From: a virus | Direction: 5' to 3' (one strand) | IMG/VR virus record: IMGVR_UViG_3300028591_000203 | Location: 1-64,000 of that record | Length of the DNA: 64,000 bases | Part shown: piece by piece, positions 26,229-35,887 of the stretch | Position numbering within the stretch: the first letter of the stretch is position 1 | How the letters are laid out: every line of letters starts with the position of its first letter | Made by a program: the position numbers and the translations under genes | Notes under the pieces: generated by a model | What the model was told of the DNA's origin: nothing | Database searches by the model: none | Seen by the model: the letters and a program-made list of their open reading frames with translations, nothing else

Positions 26229-28475
26229 TTTATTTTTTAATCTTTCTTGTTTTATTCTATCTTTTATTCTAATTTTTTTAAGTTCCATATTATTGTCTAT
26301 AAGATAATCGTGTAAATTATCATTTGGTGTTAATTTACCAATCTTCAAATCATTAGATAATTGCTTTTTAGTGCTAGTTTGATACATATAATCTTTAGTC
26401 ATAAATGGAGTTAATAATCTTCCATCTACACCAATATCTTTTTTAGTTGGTATATAATTATCATCAACTATTATACAATTTTTCTTTAACATATCAATCG
26501 TCATTTGATATTTTTCTACTTTAGAATAATCAATATCATCTGTCTGTCTTATAGTAATACAATTAGGAGTATTAGAAGAGTGTCCTAGTCCTAATTCCAT
26601 ATCACTGTTTAACTGAATTGTATAAATATAAAATTCTAATAATTTTTTATTATATTTATGTAAATTATCTTTTAAATAATTATACACTGATTTAGTAATA
26701 ATCGGATTTTGAGAATTCTTACAACCTAAAATAGTTACATTTTCATCAATTTTCTTTAAGGTTTTTAATACTTCAAAACAACCCCATCCAATAGCTGATT
26801 TATATTTAGTCCAAGTATATAAAGAAAATCCTTCTTCTTGAAATATATTTCCAAAATCTAATCCAACGGATTTTAATTTTTTATAATATTCCTTAGAAGC
26901 ATGATAAACTTTTATAGGAAAATTAATAGATTCATTTAAATACTTCATTGGATCATTTTCTTTGTTTATTAATAAATAACATTTTCCATCATTAGTGCAA
27001 AATTCTAATTCTGCTGTTACTACTTTATCAGTCCAAATTTCATCATACATTTTAGAAATATCCTTAGTATAACCTTTATATAAAGTCCAATTATCTATTG
27101 GAATTACAAATTTTTTAATTTTTAAATCATTAAATTCTTTTTTAAGTAATTTTTTTAATTCATCATAATTATATTCATTTACAAAACCAATATAATAATC
27201 CATCGTTGTTCTAGTCCAGTTACAACCAAAACCGATTAAATCATCTTTATCAGTTAATTTACCCATACAATCCCAAAAATGACCAATTGTATTATATTGA
27301 TCTTCATTTTTTAAACTAAATTCTTTACCTATTCCAATAAATGTAATAAAATTATTTTTTGAATTGATAACTAAAGGTTTATTATTGTTTTGATATTTTC
27401 TAATAATATTTATAAATTCTTGAGTGGGATTTACAGGTTCTTTATAAGTTTTAATTAATTTTTTGTAATTTTCTCTATTAGTACAATTGAATAATTCAAG
27501 AGATTTTTTATCTGAAATTTCTTTTTGATTTGAATTCATTTCTTCCCAATTTCTCATAATTCTTTCAAGTTCTTCTTTGGACGGTTCTTTATGTATTAAT
27601 TCTATTCCAGTTTCAGCTCTCCATTTATGTACTGGATCTGATTTAAGTTTATTATACAGATTATTTCCATATTTTTGTTTAATTTCTTTTAAACTCATAG
27701 GTGGTTCATATTCTTCATTTAATTTTTTATTTAATTTAGGCATTTTTAAAGTTTTATTGAATCTATATCCATTCAGTTTCATCCATTCTTCAATATCATC
27801 ACCTGGTTGTAATGTTTTATCAATATTAATAGCTTGATACATTGCTTTTAAAAATTCTTTATCTTGTTGGATAAAATTTTTATCAAAAGCTAAGTTCATT
27901 ATTCCTCTATCTGGATAATTTTCTTCTTTATCCATTTCAATAAGTTCTTCTAATGATTTAATATCAAAATATTTATGAAAATTATTTTTAGTTAATGTAA
28001 ATTTATGAAGTTTAAAATCATTAATAGGTTTATCAACTGTATATTCATCTAAATGAGTAGTATTTCCTATACCAACTTCATTTATAGGTAATTTAAATTC
28101 ATATACATAAAATGGAATAGGTTTTGAAAGTAATTTATTAAAAACATAGTTAGAATTTTCTGTTGTAAAATGACCTTTAGATATATTACAATCAAATCCA
28201 ACTTTTTTTAATATTTTACCATCTTTTTCAATATTTCTTCTATATTCTCTTCTAAATGCTTGAAATGCGGCCCAATTTTTAGCTTTATTAAATTCTTTAA
28301 AACAGAATATAGACCAGGAAGGTTTTTCAAATCTATTTCCAAAATTTATACCAATAGGTTTTACAGTTTTAAATAAATCTGGAGAACCATGATATAAAGT
28401 AATTTCTTTATCAAAATAATTTTTAGATGCTATTCGTGTATATAAATGTTCATTAAAATATTCGCTCCAATTCAT
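26226..28475 (-). CDS. 749-aa protein with internally duplicated domain (LYHGSPDLF...GINFGNRFE // VYHASKEYY...GLDFGNIFQ)
   Basis: Two copies of a ~50-aa block read from the translation. The H-G-S/Y-Y context is reminiscent of H-Y-E ADP-ribosyltransferases, but this is unproven. Confidence 0.4.
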   Translation of the reverse strand: MNWSEYFNEHLYTRIASKNYFDKEITLYHGSPDLFKTVKPIGINFGNRFEKPSWSIFCFKEFNKAKNWAAFQAFRREYRRNIEKDGKILKKVGFDCNISKGHFTTENSNYVFNKLLSKPIPFYVYEFKLPINEVGIGNTTHLDEYTVDKPINDFKLHKFTLTKNNFHKYFDIKSLEELIEMDKEENYPDRGIMNLAFDKNFIQQDKEFLKAMYQAINIDKTLQPGDDIEEWMKLNGYRFNKTLKMPKLNKKLNEEYEPPMSLKEIKQKYGNNLYNKLKSDPVHKWRAETGIELIHKEPSKEELERIMRNWEEMNSNQKEISDKKSLELFNCTNRENYKKLIKTYKEPVNPTQEFINIIRKYQNNNKPLVINSKNNFITFIGIGKEFSLKNEDQYNTIGHFWDCMGKLTDKDDLIGFGCNWTRTTMDYYIGFVNEYNYDELKKLLKKEFNDLKIKKFVIPIDNWTLYKGYTKDISKMYDEIWTDKVVTAELEFCTNDGKCYLLINKENDPMKYLNESINFPIKVYHASKEYYKKLKSVGLDFGNIFQEEGFSLYTWTKYKSAIGWGCFEVLKTLKKIDENVTILGCKNSQNPIITKSVYNYLKDNLHKYNKKLLEFYIYTIQLNSDMELGLGHSSNTPNCITIRQTDDIDYSKVEKYQMTIDMLKKNCIIVDDNYIPTKKDIGVDGRLLTPFMTKDYMYQTSTKKQLSNDLKIGKLTPNDNLHDYLIDNNMELKKIRIKDRIKQERLKNK

Positions 28476-28487
28476 AATCTCACCTCT

Positions 28488-29108
28488 TTATATAATTTCA
28501 TCTAGTCTTATAAAGCTATGATTATCTTTCCATACGTCATAATGACCTTTTTTACTAGTATCCCAATATTCACCAGAACCATGAATATGTCCATGTATAT
28601 TATTATTATAAATTTGAGGGTTTACCCATTGTTTTGGATATCTATAATCTTTAAATGAACACATTTGTGAATTTATTGGAAATCTAGAAGATAATGTATG
28701 ATCCCAGACAACTGGAATGTGAGTAAAAATAATATTCTTGTATGGTAAATAATCTACTACATAAATAAAACCGCATTCTTTATAATAATCATTCGAAAGA
28801 CAATCATGATTTCCTTTTACTAAAATCATTTTAGCTTTTATAGATTTTAAAAAATTTTTTACTTTTAGATTTTGTTCTAAGGTACATTTAACATGACTTA
28901 TATCACCTAGAAATATAAGAACATCATTTGATGATAATTTTTCACATTCTTTTCTAAAATGTTTCATTTTATATTCTGTATCAGGCTTATTATTTGATAA
29001 TTCACTTTTAAAAAAGTGTACATCTGAAACTAAATATATTTGACTAGGTTTTTTATTCTCAATAAATGTTAAAGCATTTTGATAATCACTATCAATATAG
29101 CTATTCAT
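28488..29108 (-). CDS. calcineurin-like metallophosphoesterase
   Basis: Motifs DVHF (D-x-H), GDISH (GD), GNHD, and GHIHG (GHxH) in canonical order. Confidence 0.75.
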   Translation of the reverse strand: MNSYIDSDYQNALTFIENKKPSQIYLVSDVHFFKSELSNNKPDTEYKMKHFRKECEKLSSNDVLIFLGDISHVKCTLEQNLKVKNFLKSIKAKMILVKGNHDCLSNDYYKECGFIYVVDYLPYKNIIFTHIPVVWDHTLSSRFPINSQMCSFKDYRYPKQWVNPQIYNNNIHGHIHGSGEYWDTSKKGHYDVWKDNHSFIRLDEII

Positions 29109-29170
29109 AGATTCACTTCCTTTACATATAAGATATACATAATGTAAAGTTCTTTGATGAATATTTTAAC

Positions 29171-29209
29171 CGTATTAAAATATAATGATAAATTTATATT
29201 ATAATTGTG
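29171..29209 (+). promoter_or_regulatory. conserved bipartite phage promoter, copy 4 (CGTATTAAA-N17-TATTATAATTGTG)
   Basis: Exact 17-nt spacing. Upstream of the 29242 gene. Confidence 0.55.
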
Positions 29210-29241
29210 AATTTTCGAATACATACACGAAAGGAGGTGTT

Positions 29242-29592
29242 AGAATGAAGAAGGTTCTGTGGTTCAGCCGTCACCTGATGACCGATGAGCAGCTTGCTTC
29301 TTTGAAGCGTAAGCTTGGCGAGATCGAAGTCGTTCAGGTGAACAAAACCATTCAGTCGGCAAGAGAGCTGTCTAAGGAGATCGAAGAGTGTGACATTCTC
29401 GCAATTGTTGCACCGATTGGTCTACAGGCAGAGTTCCTTAGACTTGCAAATGGCAAGCCCGTAATCACTGCGGTGAGCGAGCGTGTCATCGTAAAGTCGG
29501 AGGACGGCTCTGAGGACAAGGTAAACTTCATTTTCAAATGCTGGGAGCAGTTGGAGAAGATCGAAGTCGTTAAATCCTTGTTTGCAGACTGA
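29242..29592 (+). CDS. hypothetical protein, promoter-cassette gene (about 48% GC)
   Basis: RBS AAAGGAGGTG. Strongly atypical composition. Followed by a ~100-nt 3' UTR and the terminator near 29693. Confidence 0.45.
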   Translation, partial: RMKKVLWFSRHLMTDEQLASLKRKLGEIEVVQVNKTIQSARELSKEIEECDILAIVAPIGLQAEFLRLANGKPVITAVSERVIVKSEDGSEDKVNFIFKCWEQLEKIEVVKSLFAD

Positions 29593-29692
29593 TGGTTTCG
29601 GCAAGACGAGTAAGACTCCGAGTTTATGTGTATAGCTTGGGAACAGAAAAACACAAGGTTTATATGTTGTACCAAAACAACTAAATTAACAA

Positions 29693-29728
29693 AGAAGGGT
29701 ATCAATATGATACCCTTCTTTTCTATAT
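29693..29728 (+). terminator. intrinsic terminator
   Basis: gaagggtatc-aatat-gatacccttc followed by TTTTCT. Confidence 0.6.
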
Positions 29729-29805
29729 ATTTTTTTTTTCGTTCTTTTCATATATTAAAGAAAACAAAGTGTTATATAAATATTCTTATGAAAGGAATGA
29801 TATTT

Positions 29806-30615
29806 ATGAATAACACTGAAGGATTTGTAGTGTGTGAAGAATTTACTGCTTCAACACCTTCTATATTAGCTGATGATAATAGATCTATTACATTCGAAGC
29901 TATTTTACAAGAAGCAGATGCTCCTAATAGAAATAAAAGAATCTATGGTAAAGATGTTTTATCTGAAGGACTTAATAATCCTACTGTAAGAGAAAAAATT
30001 GCTAATAAATGTTTCTATGGTGAAGCTGGACATCCTCTCTCTACAGATATTAAGAGACAAGCATATATTGATCAGACTAATATTTCACATATTGTATGCT
30101 CTACTTCATGGGAAGGAAATATATTAAAAGGTATTGTTGAAACAGCTCAAACTGCTACTGGCATGGACATGAGAGGTTTAATTAGACAAGGATCAAAAGT
30201 ATCTTTCTCTATGAGAGCATTAGGTAATGTTATTAAACAAGAAGGTCAGTATAATAGAGTATATGGTCCTTTAATGATTATTGCTTATGACTGGGTTACT
30301 ATCCCATCTCATGATAAAGCATATATGACTAAAACTCTTTCAGAGTCTGCTAGATTAGAGCAAAATGGAATTTTAACTGAAGGTCTTATCAACTTTAATA
30401 TGTCAGATTTAGCTGAATATGTAACTAGAGAAGATAAAAGAATCAATGCTATTTGTGAATCTCTTGGATTTGTAATTAATGAAGATTTTTCAAATGTAGA
30501 TGTTGATAGACGTAATAAGCTTCTTTCTATTAAGGAAGGTAATGAAACACTTAAACTATTCTTAAAGAATTCTGTTGTTAATGATATGGATAACTATTTC
30601 AAATATAGATTTTAA
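29806..30615 (+). CDS. putative prohead protease (T4 gp21-like)
   Basis: ATG follows AAAGGAATGATATTT; the ORF track frame starts at 29626. NRNKRIYGKDVL and GEAGHP blocks resemble prohead core protease. Adjacent to the internal-protein cluster. Confidence 0.4.
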   Translation: MNNTEGFVVCEEFTASTPSILADDNRSITFEAILQEADAPNRNKRIYGKDVLSEGLNNPTVREKIANKCFYGEAGHPLSTDIKRQAYIDQTNISHIVCSTSWEGNILKGIVETAQTATGMDMRGLIRQGSKVSFSMRALGNVIKQEGQYNRVYGPLMIIAYDWVTIPSHDKAYMTKTLSESARLEQNGILTEGLINFNMSDLAEYVTREDKRINAICESLGFVINEDFSNVDVDRRNKLLSIKEGNETLKLFLKNSVVNDMDNYFKYRF

Positions 30616-30624
30616 GAGAAAAAA

Positions 30625-30660
30625 AATCGCATATGGGATTTTCCCATATGCGATTATATT
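30625..30660 (-). terminator. intrinsic terminator (minus strand)
   Basis: aatcgcatatggga/tcccatatgcgatt hairpin, with an A8 run on the plus strand giving a T-run on the minus strand. Confidence 0.7.
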
Positions 30661-30662
30661 AA

Positions 30663-31286
30663 TTAAAGCTCGTCAATGTCATAACCATTGTCAAGGAATG
30701 CGGAATAGTAACCTTCGAGATAAGCCTCAGTAGTATCATCTTCATCATACTCATCGTACTCATCATAATCGTAATCCTCATCCTCATCAAAATAACCCAT
30801 CTCATCAAGAGCAGTAAAGTAACCCTCAAGATAGATCTTCTCAGCAGTAGAAGAACCAGATGCAGAACCAGATGCACCAGCACCTACGCTCTTAGAACCT
30901 CTAGCGCTCTTAGAATCCTTCTTAGTAGAGAAATCGAAAGAAGTAGATCTACGCTTACCAGAAGAAGCAGACTTAAGAGTTGCAAGAGCCTTCTTGTCAG
31001 CAGCAAGCTGAGCCTTAATAGCCTTAACCTTATCTGGATTTAACTGATTACCATTCTCATCAGTACCAGATGCAAGCATTCTTTCCTCTTTAGCAATCTT
31101 CTGCTCAAGCTTCTGAACAGCAGTAGTCTTCTTATAGTGGATAGAGAGTTCTGAAGAAGAACCCTTAGCAGCAGCCTTAGCTGCTCTCTTAGCATTCTTT
31201 GAAGCAGACTGAGAACTTTCAGATCTAGTGTTCTTTTCCTTTACAGGAGTTGCAGCCTCAGCTAAAATCATATCTAAATAATTCAT
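30663..31286 (-). CDS. EGY-family protein: basic N-terminal part, Ser/Gly/Ala stretch, C-terminal two YLEGYxxA motifs and DEYDEYDE acidic tail
   Basis: C-terminus EKIYLEGYFTALDEMGYFDEDEDYDYDEYDEYDEDDTTEAYLEGYYSAFLDNGYDIDEL. Confidence 0.45.
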   Translation of the reverse strand: MNYLDMILAEAATPVKEKNTRSESSQSASKNAKRAAKAAAKGSSSELSIHYKKTTAVQKLEQKIAKEERMLASGTDENGNQLNPDKVKAIKAQLAADKKALATLKSASSGKRRSTSFDFSTKKDSKSARGSKSVGAGASGSASGSSTAEKIYLEGYFTALDEMGYFDEDEDYDYDEYDEYDEDDTTEAYLEGYYSAFLDNGYDIDEL

Positions 31287-31348
31287 AATTCATACCTACT
31301 TTCTATAGTATTTTTAATATTAGTTTGTTTATTAACTTAATTTAGGAA

Positions 31349-31888
31349 TTAATAGTCATACTCATCGTATTCGTCATACTCATCATAATCATCGTAAGAC
31401 TCTTCAAGAGCTTCGATCTCACAAAGAGCTGCATAATAACCATCAGCATAAGACTCATTAAGTTTAGTAATAATTTCATTCTGTCCATTTATATTTCTAG
31501 CAGCCTTATCTCTGATTTTTCCAGCATTCTTAGTAACTAAAGCAGTACCACCAGCAGCAGCACCTACAGCACCTGCAGAAGCACCAGCAGCAATTGCAAG
31601 CTTCTTATACTTAGCAGCCTTAGCCTCATAAATCTTCTTAGCTCTAGGATCCTTTTCTTTAGCAGCAGCAGCAGCATACTGCTTTGCCTTCTTAGCTAAT
31701 ACAGCAGCAGAAGCACCACCAGCAACAGCAGCACCACCAGCAATACCAGAACCAACATATGCCTTCTTCTTATTAGCTCTAAGCTTATCCATAGCATCAA
31801 CTACTTTTTCGCTTCTCTTTCTACTAGCCATAGCTCTATTAAAAGCTTTTTGTTTTGCAGTCTTCTTTTCTTCTAACATATAATTCAT
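31349..31888 (-). CDS. EGY-family protein with Ala/Gly zipper and C-terminal YADGYYAAL plus DEYDEYDEYDY tail
   Basis: GSGIAGGAAVAGGASAAVLAKKAKQYAAAAA glycine/alanine zipper. C-terminus matches the family motif. Confidence 0.45.
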   Translation of the reverse strand: MNYMLEEKKTAKQKAFNRAMASRKRSEKVVDAMDKLRANKKKAYVGSGIAGGAAVAGGASAAVLAKKAKQYAAAAAKEKDPRAKKIYEAKAAKYKKLAIAAGASAGAVGAAAGGTALVTKNAGKIRDKAARNINGQNEIITKLNESYADGYYAALCEIEALEESYDDYDEYDEYDEYDY

Positions 31889-31961
31889 AAAAAAAACCTT
31901 CTTTCGTAAAATTTAATGTAATCCAAAAATGAATTTAATAAATTATTGTTAATGTAAGGTA

Positions 31962-32507
31962 TTAGTAATCATCAATATCGTGTCTCATATGTGCCTTATC
32001 TATAAAATCTCTTCTTCTTCTATATACTTCTGAGCCAATAGTACTACCCATAGTTGCCATACTACCTAAAGCACCTAATGCGGCACCACCTGCCATACCA
32101 CCTATAGAAGTTACACCAGTAGTCATTGCATTCAATGCTGCAGCATTTCCAATAGTACTACCTATACCAGAAACTAATGCTCCACCAGTAGAGACTCCAA
32201 ACTGTCCTAAATCTACTTTAGCTTTTAATTCATAATATTTTTTTCCTTCTTTAATAAATTCTTTTTCAGGTAATGGTTTATAATCTCTTTTAGCACAATA
32301 ACGCACATATTTAGGATATAGACGTTTAACTCCCATAAAAGAATCGCCTTTTTTAAGTTCTGAATTAAACCATCTAAATAAAGGAGGACCAAAAAAAGTA
32401 CCACCTAAACTATGATGATTTAAATATTTAGCCGTAGTTGATCCTTCTAAGAAAGCTAATGCATCACAATAACCTTCTATAAAAATTTGTTGAGCTAAAT
32501 AATCCAT
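31962..32507 (-). CDS. EGY-family protein: N-terminal MDYLAQQIFIEGYCDALAFLEG, C-terminal glycine-zipper region
   Basis: RBS GAGGAGGTAA. GVSTGGALVSGIGSTIGNAAALNAMTTGVTSIGGMAGGAALGALGSMATMGSTIG. Confidence 0.45.
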   Translation of the reverse strand: MDYLAQQIFIEGYCDALAFLEGSTTAKYLNHHSLGGTFFGPPLFRWFNSELKKGDSFMGVKRLYPKYVRYCAKRDYKPLPEKEFIKEGKKYYELKAKVDLGQFGVSTGGALVSGIGSTIGNAAALNAMTTGVTSIGGMAGGAALGALGSMATMGSTIGSEVYRRRRDFIDKAHMRHDIDDY

Positions 32508-32594
32508 TATTAGTTACCTCCTCTCAATTTTAATAATTATTAGTTTATCAACATTCACTTATATTTTAAATTAGTATTAGTGAGGTGATAAATA

Positions 32595-33542
32595 ATGTCT
32601 GAGTTATCTACAAAACAAAGGAATAACTTAAAAAATTCTGTTTTTGGAATACCTTCATTAAGAAAATATCCATTAAATGATAAAGAACATGTTTTAAAAG
32701 CAATTCAGTTTTTTCATCACTGTCCTTTAGAACATAAAAAAGAATTAGCTCATAATATTAATAAAGAAGCTAAAAAATATAATATTTCTATCTCTCAATC
32801 TTCTAATATATATGAATATTTAAATGAATCAGAACAAATTGAAATAGATTTAATGCAAGATGTTTTTGATTTAGAAGAAGATTTATATCTTGTTGAAGCA
32901 TTTGGAATGAATGAGCCAGAAGCTAAAGGATCTGTAGATACTGCAATTAATCTTTGGAAAAAAAGAAAGACTTTTGTAAAAACTCCAAAAGATAAACAAC
33001 GTATTCTTTCAGACTTAAGAGCTGAAAAAAATGCTATTGATACAATGCAGAGACAAGCTGATTTTAATGGTATTTTATTAAGAGCAAAAGCTACTGCTAA
33101 AAATATGAGTAAAAAAATAGCATCTGGTGATTATGATTCTATTAAAAAGATAAGAGGTAAAGCTGAAGTAAATGCTGGAAATAATAGAAGAGTTGGTAAA
33201 GTATTAGCAGTAGGTGCAGCAAGTGTTGCAGCAGGAGCAGCTATTGGTGGAGCAATGGGTAAAAGAAGTGCTAATAATAAAGGTAATGGTAGTTTTGGAA
33301 CTAAAGTTAAAGTAGGAACAGGTATTGCAGCAGGAGCATTAGCAGGTAATGCAGTTGCTATGGGAACTATGGGAGCTACTTTTGCAAAGCAAAGAGCAGA
33401 TATGCAAAAAGCTAAAGATCCTGATAAGCCATTAAGACAACATGCTGAACGTTATGCTAACTTTATTAGTAGTTTCCAATCAGAAATGATGGAATATCAA
33501 CCAGGCCAAGAAGAACAACAACAGGGAGAAGGTGAAGATTAA
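32595..33542 (+). CDS. glycine-zipper protein (VLAVGAASVAAGAAIGGAMG...VGTGIAAGALAGNAVAMGTMGATFA)
   Basis: ORF track. RBS GTGAGGTG. Same low-complexity Gly/Ala class as the neighbours. Confidence 0.4.
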   Translation: MSELSTKQRNNLKNSVFGIPSLRKYPLNDKEHVLKAIQFFHHCPLEHKKELAHNINKEAKKYNISISQSSNIYEYLNESEQIEIDLMQDVFDLEEDLYLVEAFGMNEPEAKGSVDTAINLWKKRKTFVKTPKDKQRILSDLRAEKNAIDTMQRQADFNGILLRAKATAKNMSKKIASGDYDSIKKIRGKAEVNAGNNRRVGKVLAVGAASVAAGAAIGGAMGKRSANNKGNGSFGTKVKVGTGIAAGALAGNAVAMGTMGATFAKQRADMQKAKDPDKPLRQHAERYANFISSFQSEMMEYQPGQEEQQQGEGED

Positions 33543-34837
33543 TGGGAAAGTTTTTACAAGAAGATTCTTTAGAGAAAAAAACGTTAAATAATTATTTTGA
33601 TGGTTATTTAGACACTACTGAAAGATATTCAAAATGGCTTCAAGGTTCTCCTACTTTTGTAACATATTATTCTATTAATCTTGAACAATCAACTCAAGAT
33701 CAAGGTCTTAATAATGTTATGGAAGTAGTTGGTGGAGAGTCTCCTGTTAAATATAATAAAATAGAAGATTTTCCAATTTATTTAGATGCTGATATGAATT
33801 TTAATACAAATCTAGAAGAAGATGCTGGATTTGACTCAGAATCAGAAGGAACTGCTATTATATTACCTGGAACGATTGTTCCACAAAATGATGATTTAAT
33901 AGTATTTGAAATATTAGAGCATAAACATGTTTATAGAATTTCTAATGTTGAATATTCTAATACTAGTATTAGAAAATTTTATAAAATAACTTTCTTTGTT
34001 TCACCTTTTGATGTTGAAACTCTAGATACTAGACAAGTTAAAGATGAATATAGTGTTATTTATAATAATATTGGAACTGAAGCTGATCCAGTTATACCTA
34101 AAAAAGAATTTACTTTTTTAGATGATATTGATAAGGTTTTAGATTATCTTAGTGAAAGATATATTCGTTTTTATTATGATAAAAAGATAAATGCTTTTAT
34201 CTATAATTATGATAAAATGAATATGATTATTCATGAATATTATAAAGATAATGGTATATATGATCCGAAGTTAGCTTTATTTATAAAAAGGCATAACTTA
34301 TTTATAAATAAAAAGACTTTTCTTAAAAATGTCTATGTTGAATGTCTTTTAAAAGATAGAGACTTAGATTATGAAAAATCAATTTATTCATTATTTGAAA
34401 CATTAGATACTGATGAATTTGAATATCCTTATTTTTATTTTATTCCTATTAATGAATCAGTATTTAGTTTAATGCAAGATAAATTTCATGAATTAGTTCA
34501 TAATAAGACAGATGTATATAAACGTTTTAAAATAATTCCAGATGGTAAAATAAGATCTGGACAATTTACATCTGTTGATTTAATTAAATATGTAACTGAT
34601 ACTAAATTAATAATAGATGATCTACCAATTAACGAACAAATTATGATTATTTATTTAAGATGCAGAAAGTATGAAGAACAAAATAATATAACGGATTATC
34701 TGGAAGATATAGTTAATTTATCTAAAAAAATTAAAATTGAAAAAGATTTCTATACTTACATTCAGATACCATGTATAATTTATATATTAAAAGAAATTAA
34801 AAATATAATTATACATAATACGAACTATATTAAATAA
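33542..34837 (+). CDS. hypothetical protein with N-terminal NNYFDGYLD motif (EGY-family variant)
   Basis: Start overlaps the previous stop (TAATG). Motif at residues 16-24. Confidence 0.4.
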   Translation: MGKFLQEDSLEKKTLNNYFDGYLDTTERYSKWLQGSPTFVTYYSINLEQSTQDQGLNNVMEVVGGESPVKYNKIEDFPIYLDADMNFNTNLEEDAGFDSESEGTAIILPGTIVPQNDDLIVFEILEHKHVYRISNVEYSNTSIRKFYKITFFVSPFDVETLDTRQVKDEYSVIYNNIGTEADPVIPKKEFTFLDDIDKVLDYLSERYIRFYYDKKINAFIYNYDKMNMIIHEYYKDNGIYDPKLALFIKRHNLFINKKTFLKNVYVECLLKDRDLDYEKSIYSLFETLDTDEFEYPYFYFIPINESVFSLMQDKFHELVHNKTDVYKRFKIIPDGKIRSGQFTSVDLIKYVTDTKLIIDDLPINEQIMIIYLRCRKYEEQNNITDYLEDIVNLSKKIKIEKDFYTYIQIPCIIYILKEIKNIIIHNTNYIK

Positions 34838-34854
34838 GAAAGGGTTGAATATCT

Positions 34855-35862
34855 ATGTTTAATTCATTAAGAAACGAGCTTGATAAGATTGCTTTAATGG
34901 AATCTGATGATTTAGAATTTTATAATGATCATACTGTAGATGGCGACGAAGGTCCTGCAGACGATGAGCTTTATGATGATCTTGAGGAAGGCGAAGAGGA
35001 AGAAGAGTTCGATGACCTCGATGATGGTGAAGCTATCAATGAAGCTATTGATATGATTATAAACGAAATGCTAATAAATGAAGCTTTAGAAGATGATGAT
35101 GATTATGACTATGATTATGATGATGATAGTGATGATTATCTTAATGAAGAAGAAGCTTATGGCGATGACGTTTTCGATGATGATTATGAAGATGATGATT
35201 TCGAAGACGATGATGACGAAGTCGATATGGACGAAGGTGTCGTTGGTGATGGTAAGACTGTAAAGGGCGAGCCAGATGACGATGAATATGATAAAGTTGA
35301 TATCGGTGGAGTAACTAATGCTATTCATGGTGATGTAGATCTTAAGGAAGATATCGAAGATGATGAGGAAGACGATCTTGATGAGCTTTTAGAATCTATT
35401 CTTTCTGAAGGTGATGAGACTAACGATCTCCGTGGTACATCTAGAGACATTTATGGTGATTCTGCCGATATGCCTTCTGGTGATGTTCCTCCTGCTCCTC
35501 AGTATTCTAAGGTTTCTGCAAGAAATAAGGTTGGCGCACCTATTGGTAATTATGGTGCTGATAATTATAAGGCTTTCGGTAAGGCTAAATTTAGCTCCGA
35601 TGTTATGGGATCTATGACTGTAGATGATGATGAGTATGATGAAGAAGGTAATGCATATGATCTTTTTGCATCTGCTGGAAACATCTATGATGATGATGAA
35701 AATGAAGAGTATTATGGCTTAAGAAATAAGGTTCAGACTAAGAATCTTTACGGAAGACATAATATTGACAACATCAACTATGCACAGCTTGGTGATAGAT
35801 TTGCTGGAACTAAGGATGCATTAGATGAGAGTGTAGAAGCTTTCCTCAGAAGTTTAGATTAA
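34855..35862 (+). CDS. poly-acidic protein (D/E over 40% in first 200 aa; DDDDYDYDYDDDSDDY)
   Basis: Composition read from the translation. GC-richer codons. Confidence 0.45.
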   Translation: MFNSLRNELDKIALMESDDLEFYNDHTVDGDEGPADDELYDDLEEGEEEEEFDDLDDGEAINEAIDMIINEMLINEALEDDDDYDYDYDDDSDDYLNEEEAYGDDVFDDDYEDDDFEDDDDEVDMDEGVVGDGKTVKGEPDDDEYDKVDIGGVTNAIHGDVDLKEDIEDDEEDDLDELLESILSEGDETNDLRGTSRDIYGDSADMPSGDVPPAPQYSKVSARNKVGAPIGNYGADNYKAFGKAKFSSDVMGSMTVDDDEYDEEGNAYDLFASAGNIYDDDENEEYYGLRNKVQTKNLYGRHNIDNINYAQLGDRFAGTKDALDESVEAFLRSLD

Positions 35863-35887
35863 AGATACCGAAAGGAGTAAACTTATA

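Noticed and set aside
28488-29108. Calcineurin-like phosphoesterase as the SbcD/Mre11 partner of the SbcC gene at 4089
   Set aside because: At 206 aa it is too short to include the Mre11 capping domain. It is 24 kb away and on the opposite strand, so it is better treated as a generic metallophosphoesterase.
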